Shown one piece after another: positions 60,636 through 64,000 of a stretch of 64,000 bases of DNA. The DNA is taken from NCBI GenBank assembly GCA_963737265.1, contig CAVTRY010000011.1, forward strand, positions 1,088,001 to 1,152,000. Reading direction: 5' to 3'. Positions within the stretch are counted from its first letter, which is position 1. Each line of letters begins with the position of its first letter. Source of the stretch: an uncultured delta proteobacterium. GTDB taxonomy: Bacteria > Myxococcota_A > Polyangia > Fen-1088. The position numbers and the translations under genes were made by a program. The notes beneath the pieces are model-generated. The model made no database searches. It was not told the DNA's origin and was given only the letters and a program-made list of their open reading frames with translations.

Positions 60636-61130
60636 ATGGCGGTAGACATCGAAAGCTTCTATCGGCTTCACGGACCGATGGTTCTGCGTCGGTGCCGCCG
60701 TCTCCTGCGGGACGAAGCAAAGGCGGTGGATGCCATGCACGACGTTTTCGTTGAAATTTTGCGCCGCAAGGACACCCTGGACGCAAGCGCGCCCGCCGGG
60801 CTGCTGCTGACCACGGCGACCCACGTCTGCCTCAATCGGCTACGCGGCGATCGCCGCAAACCAGAGGATTCCGACGACGAGATGATGTTTCACATCGCGG
60901 CGCTCGGAAGCGGGGCGAACCCCGAAACACGCACGCTGGCTGGCCGGATCCTGGACCGACTGTTTGCCGGCCAGCCCGAGTCGACCCGCCTCATCGCCGT
61001 TCTCCACTATGTCGATCGCCTGACGCTCGAAGAAGTGGCCAGCGAGGTTGGCCTGTCCGTGTCCGGCGTACGCAAGCGTCTGCGAACGCTCAAAGAACGC
61101 TTGCCAGCCGCGGTGGAGGCAGCGTCGTGA
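60636..61130 (+). CDS. ECF sigma factor
   Basis: 164 aa; sigma2 (AVDAMHDVF...VCLNRLR) and sigma4 (LTLEEVASEVGLSVSGVRKRL); GGAG-like SD. Confidence 0.9.
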   Translation: MAVDIESFYRLHGPMVLRRCRRLLRDEAKAVDAMHDVFVEILRRKDTLDASAPAGLLLTTATHVCLNRLRGDRRKPEDSDDEMMFHIAALGSGANPETRTLAGRILDRLFAGQPESTRLIAVLHYVDRLTLEEVASEVGLSVSGVRKRLRTLKERLPAAVEAAS

Positions 61131-61918
61131 AGCCCACCGACGAAAGAGCTCCTGACTGGCTAGTCGAACGATTGGCCGCGGGCGAATTGCCCGAAGCGCG
61201 GGCGAACGATCTGCGCGCCCGACTGCACGCGCGCGGCGAAGAACACCGCATGTCCGCTCTTGTCTCCTCCAACGCAGAGATTTTGGCTGCGCTGCCGCCG
61301 GAACGCGCGCTGCCCGAGATTCGGCGCCGAGCAGACCGCCAGCCACGGAATGTGCCGCGGCCTACCCGCTTGTGGTGGACGCTGTCGATGGCCACGGCTG
61401 GCGTCGCAGCCTTCGCCATGATTCTTGCCGTGCAAGAGCACAAGGGATCGCGAGCGCCGGATCAGGTTTCAGAAGATCCGCTTTCTGAATCGGAACAGGC
61501 CGAGGGCATCGGCATCAAAGGCGACCTCAAACCCGTGCTGCGCATTTATCGCAAGTCCGCGGCGGGCGCGGAGGCGCTGCGACCCGGCGCAAAGATTTAC
61601 CAAGGCGACGCTTTACAGATCCGCTATGTGGCCGCCGGGCGGCGTTTCGGGATCATCGCTTCGATCGATGCCCGCGGAACCATCACGCTTCATCTGCCGG
61701 AAACACCGGGCCGGGCCGTTGCGCTCGAACGCGACGGAGAGCGAGCCCTTCCTCACGCCTACGAGCTCGACGATGCCCCTGGCTTCGAACGATTCGTGTT
61801 CGTGACCGCGGACTCGCCTTTCGATTCTGCCGACGTGACCCGCGCGCTCGGAAGCGGTGGCGCCCTGCCCGCTCCGCTCACTTCGTTCGACCTTACCTTG
61901 AAGAAGGAAAGACCATGA
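61127..61918 (+). CDS. putative single-pass membrane anti-sigma factor with extracytoplasmic DUF4384-like domain (ActD-like)
   Basis: N-terminal ERLAAGEL helical domain, one TM (LWWTLSMATAGVAAFAMILAV), GIKG motif, GDALQIRY...AYELDDAPGFERF; overlaps the sigma stop. Confidence 0.7.
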   Translation: MKPTDERAPDWLVERLAAGELPEARANDLRARLHARGEEHRMSALVSSNAEILAALPPERALPEIRRRADRQPRNVPRPTRLWWTLSMATAGVAAFAMILAVQEHKGSRAPDQVSEDPLSESEQAEGIGIKGDLKPVLRIYRKSAAGAEALRPGAKIYQGDALQIRYVAAGRRFGIIASIDARGTITLHLPETPGRAVALERDGERALPHAYELDDAPGFERFVFVTADSPFDSADVTRALGSGGALPAPLTSFDLTLKKERP

Positions 61919-64000
61919 CCCGCGCCATCCTATTTTTAGCCGCTGTGCTCGGATTCGCCGGACCGTCCCTGGCCGCCGAGTCTCCCGCCGAGGCAACCGC
62001 GCTCCGCCGGTTCGCCCTCGTGGCGTCGTCGAACGACGGCGGACCAGGCCGCGCAAGGCTGCGTTTTGCCAACTCCGACGGCGACTCGGTTGCGCGCATC
62101 CTCGCCAGTCTGGGCGGCGTGCACGCGGACGACCTGCTCGTCGTCCGCGACGCCACGCGAGCCCGTTTGCTCCAGGCCTTTGGCGAGCTCAAGACCGAGA
62201 TCGGGCGCGAACGGCGGCCGTTCGTGCGCCGCGAGGTGTTCGTGTACTACTCGGGACATTCGGACGAAGAAGGTCTTCTTCTCGGAGAAGAACGCGTCGG
62301 CTACCGCGAGTTACGCCAGTGGATCGATGGTGTGGGCGCCGACGTCCGCATCGCCATTCTCGACTCGTGCGCCTCGGGGACACTCATTCGGCTTAAAGGC
62401 GGCGTCCATCGCGCACCCTTTCTTAGCGATGTTTCCACCCAAGCGCGCGGCCACGCCTTTCTTACCGCCAGCTCCGCCGACGAAGCCGCGCAGGAGTCGG
62501 ACCGCGTGGGCGCCGCCTTCTTCACCCACTACCTGCTTTCCGGCATGCGCGGCGCTGCCGACGCCAACCACGACCAGCGCGTGACCCTCAACGAAGCCTA
62601 CCAGTTCGCCTACAACGAGACCCTGCAGCGAACGGAAACCTCGCGCGCGGGTGCGCAACATCCCGCCTACGATATTCAGCTCGCCGGCACCGGCGATCTC
62701 GTGATGACCGACTTGCACGCCTCCGGCTCGCGCCTGGTGCTGGCGCGCGAGCTTTCCGGCCGCATCTACATCCGCGACGCTGGCGGTCGTCTGGTGGTGG
62801 AATTGCACAAAGAACCCACCTATCCCGTTCGAGCTCGGTCTTGAACCTGGTTCGTACCGCGTCGTTCTCGACAGTGACGGCCGCATTTCCGAGGGTACGT
62901 TCGATCTCGCGGGCAACGGCCGCGTGGAGCTATCTGCCGACCAGCTCAAACCCGTCGCGGCGCTCGTCAGCACCCGGCGTGGCGACGAGCCGACCGGTGT
63001 GCTGCCCGCGGCTTCCCCGTCCGTGGCGGCCGAGCCAGAGACAAATCGACACTACCGCCACGTCGGTTTCGATCTCGTTCTGGCGCCAGGCTTCCGCATG
63101 TCCGGGGACACCGGCCTTCCGGTCGAGCACGGATTTGTCCTGGGCGTCGTCGGCCATTCCGATAGCCTGCGCGGCGCCCAGCTTTCGCTCGCCGGCAACA
63201 TCGCCCAGGATGGCGTGGTCGGTGCCCAGGTCGGCGGCGCCTTCGCGCTCAGCTATGGACCCGTTCTCGGCGCCCAGCTGGCGGCCTACAACATGGCGAT
63301 GAGCGGCCTGCGCGGCGCCCAAGTCGGCTGGATTGCGAACGTCGCGCGCGGTCCCGTGCGAGGCGCGCAAGTCAGCATGGTCAATGTGGCCAATGGCCCC
63401 ACTCGCGGCGCGCAAGTTGGATTGGTCAACGTGGAAAAGGGCGACATCAACGGCGCCCAGATCGGCCTCGTCAACGTCGATAGGCCCGCCGCCGAATCAC
63501 GAGGTGCTCAGATCGGCTTGGTCAACGCCACCGGGGGAACGGGCGCCCGCACGGCTTCGAGCGTGGGCCTTGTGAATGTGGCGACCAAGCAGCACGGCGT
63601 CCAGGTCGGATTGGTCAACGTCGTCGACGAGATCGACGGGGTTCAGGTCGGGCTGGTCAGCTTCGCACGCAAGAACAACGGCGCATCCATCGCGCTCGTC
63701 CCCATCGTTCTCGACGGCGACAATCGCTTGACCCTGGGCTGGAGCGACGCCAGCGCTGGCAATCTCGGCTTCAAGCTCGGAACCCGCCGGTTCTACGTCG
63801 CGGCTGCCTTGGGCATCACGCGCGACATCGACCGCGACGGGCATCGCGAGTATTCGAGCACGTTTGGACTTGGCGTTCATATCATCCCGCGCGGGAATCC
63901 GTTCTTCCTCGATGTGGACGCATCGAGCGCGAGCTTCGCGACCCTCGCCCACGCCCACGACGAGCAGCGCTGGATCCACAGCCTGCGCCTGCAAGTCGGC
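61915..64000 (+). CDS. exported caspase-like (C14) peptidase with GAQxGLVN repeats; frameshift at ~62829; runs off the window end
   Basis: Signal peptide; YYSGH and ILDSC dyad; +1 frame from 62831 is open to 64000 (ELGLEPGSYRVVL...~11 repeats...alternating beta-strand pattern). Confidence 0.82.

Overview
GC-rich bacterial chromosome segment; gene content (DUF4388-like/J-like protein, ECF-caspase cluster, gene order) suggests Myxococcota/Deltaproteobacteria (inference). About 33 kb (24329-57690, minus strand) is an almost continuous translation/transcription supercluster (tRNAs, tuf, rpmG, secE, nusG, rplKAJL, rpoBC, str, S10, spc, alpha). It lacks rplC, adk and infA at their usual slots and carries a divergent fusA. 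The left arm holds comEC, tRNA-Pro, yacG, an M16 peptidase plus CPBP protease, pyrK/pyrD, P-II with glutamine synthetase III, psd, a methyltransferase, a sigma70-family factor, fmt and priA. Two candidate systems stand out. (1) A stand-alone type III export gate (fliO-fliP-fliQ-fliR-flhB) with no other flagellar/T3SS gene in the window; its FlhB lacks the NPTH autocleavage motif and the cluster is translationally coupled to priA. (2) An ECF sigma / membrane anti-sigma / exported caspase-like protein with repeats and a possible beta-barrel, resembling a trans-envelope proteolytic signalling module. Three apparent single-base insertions in accessory genes may be assembly errors. All family calls come from motif recognition by eye; no database search was run.
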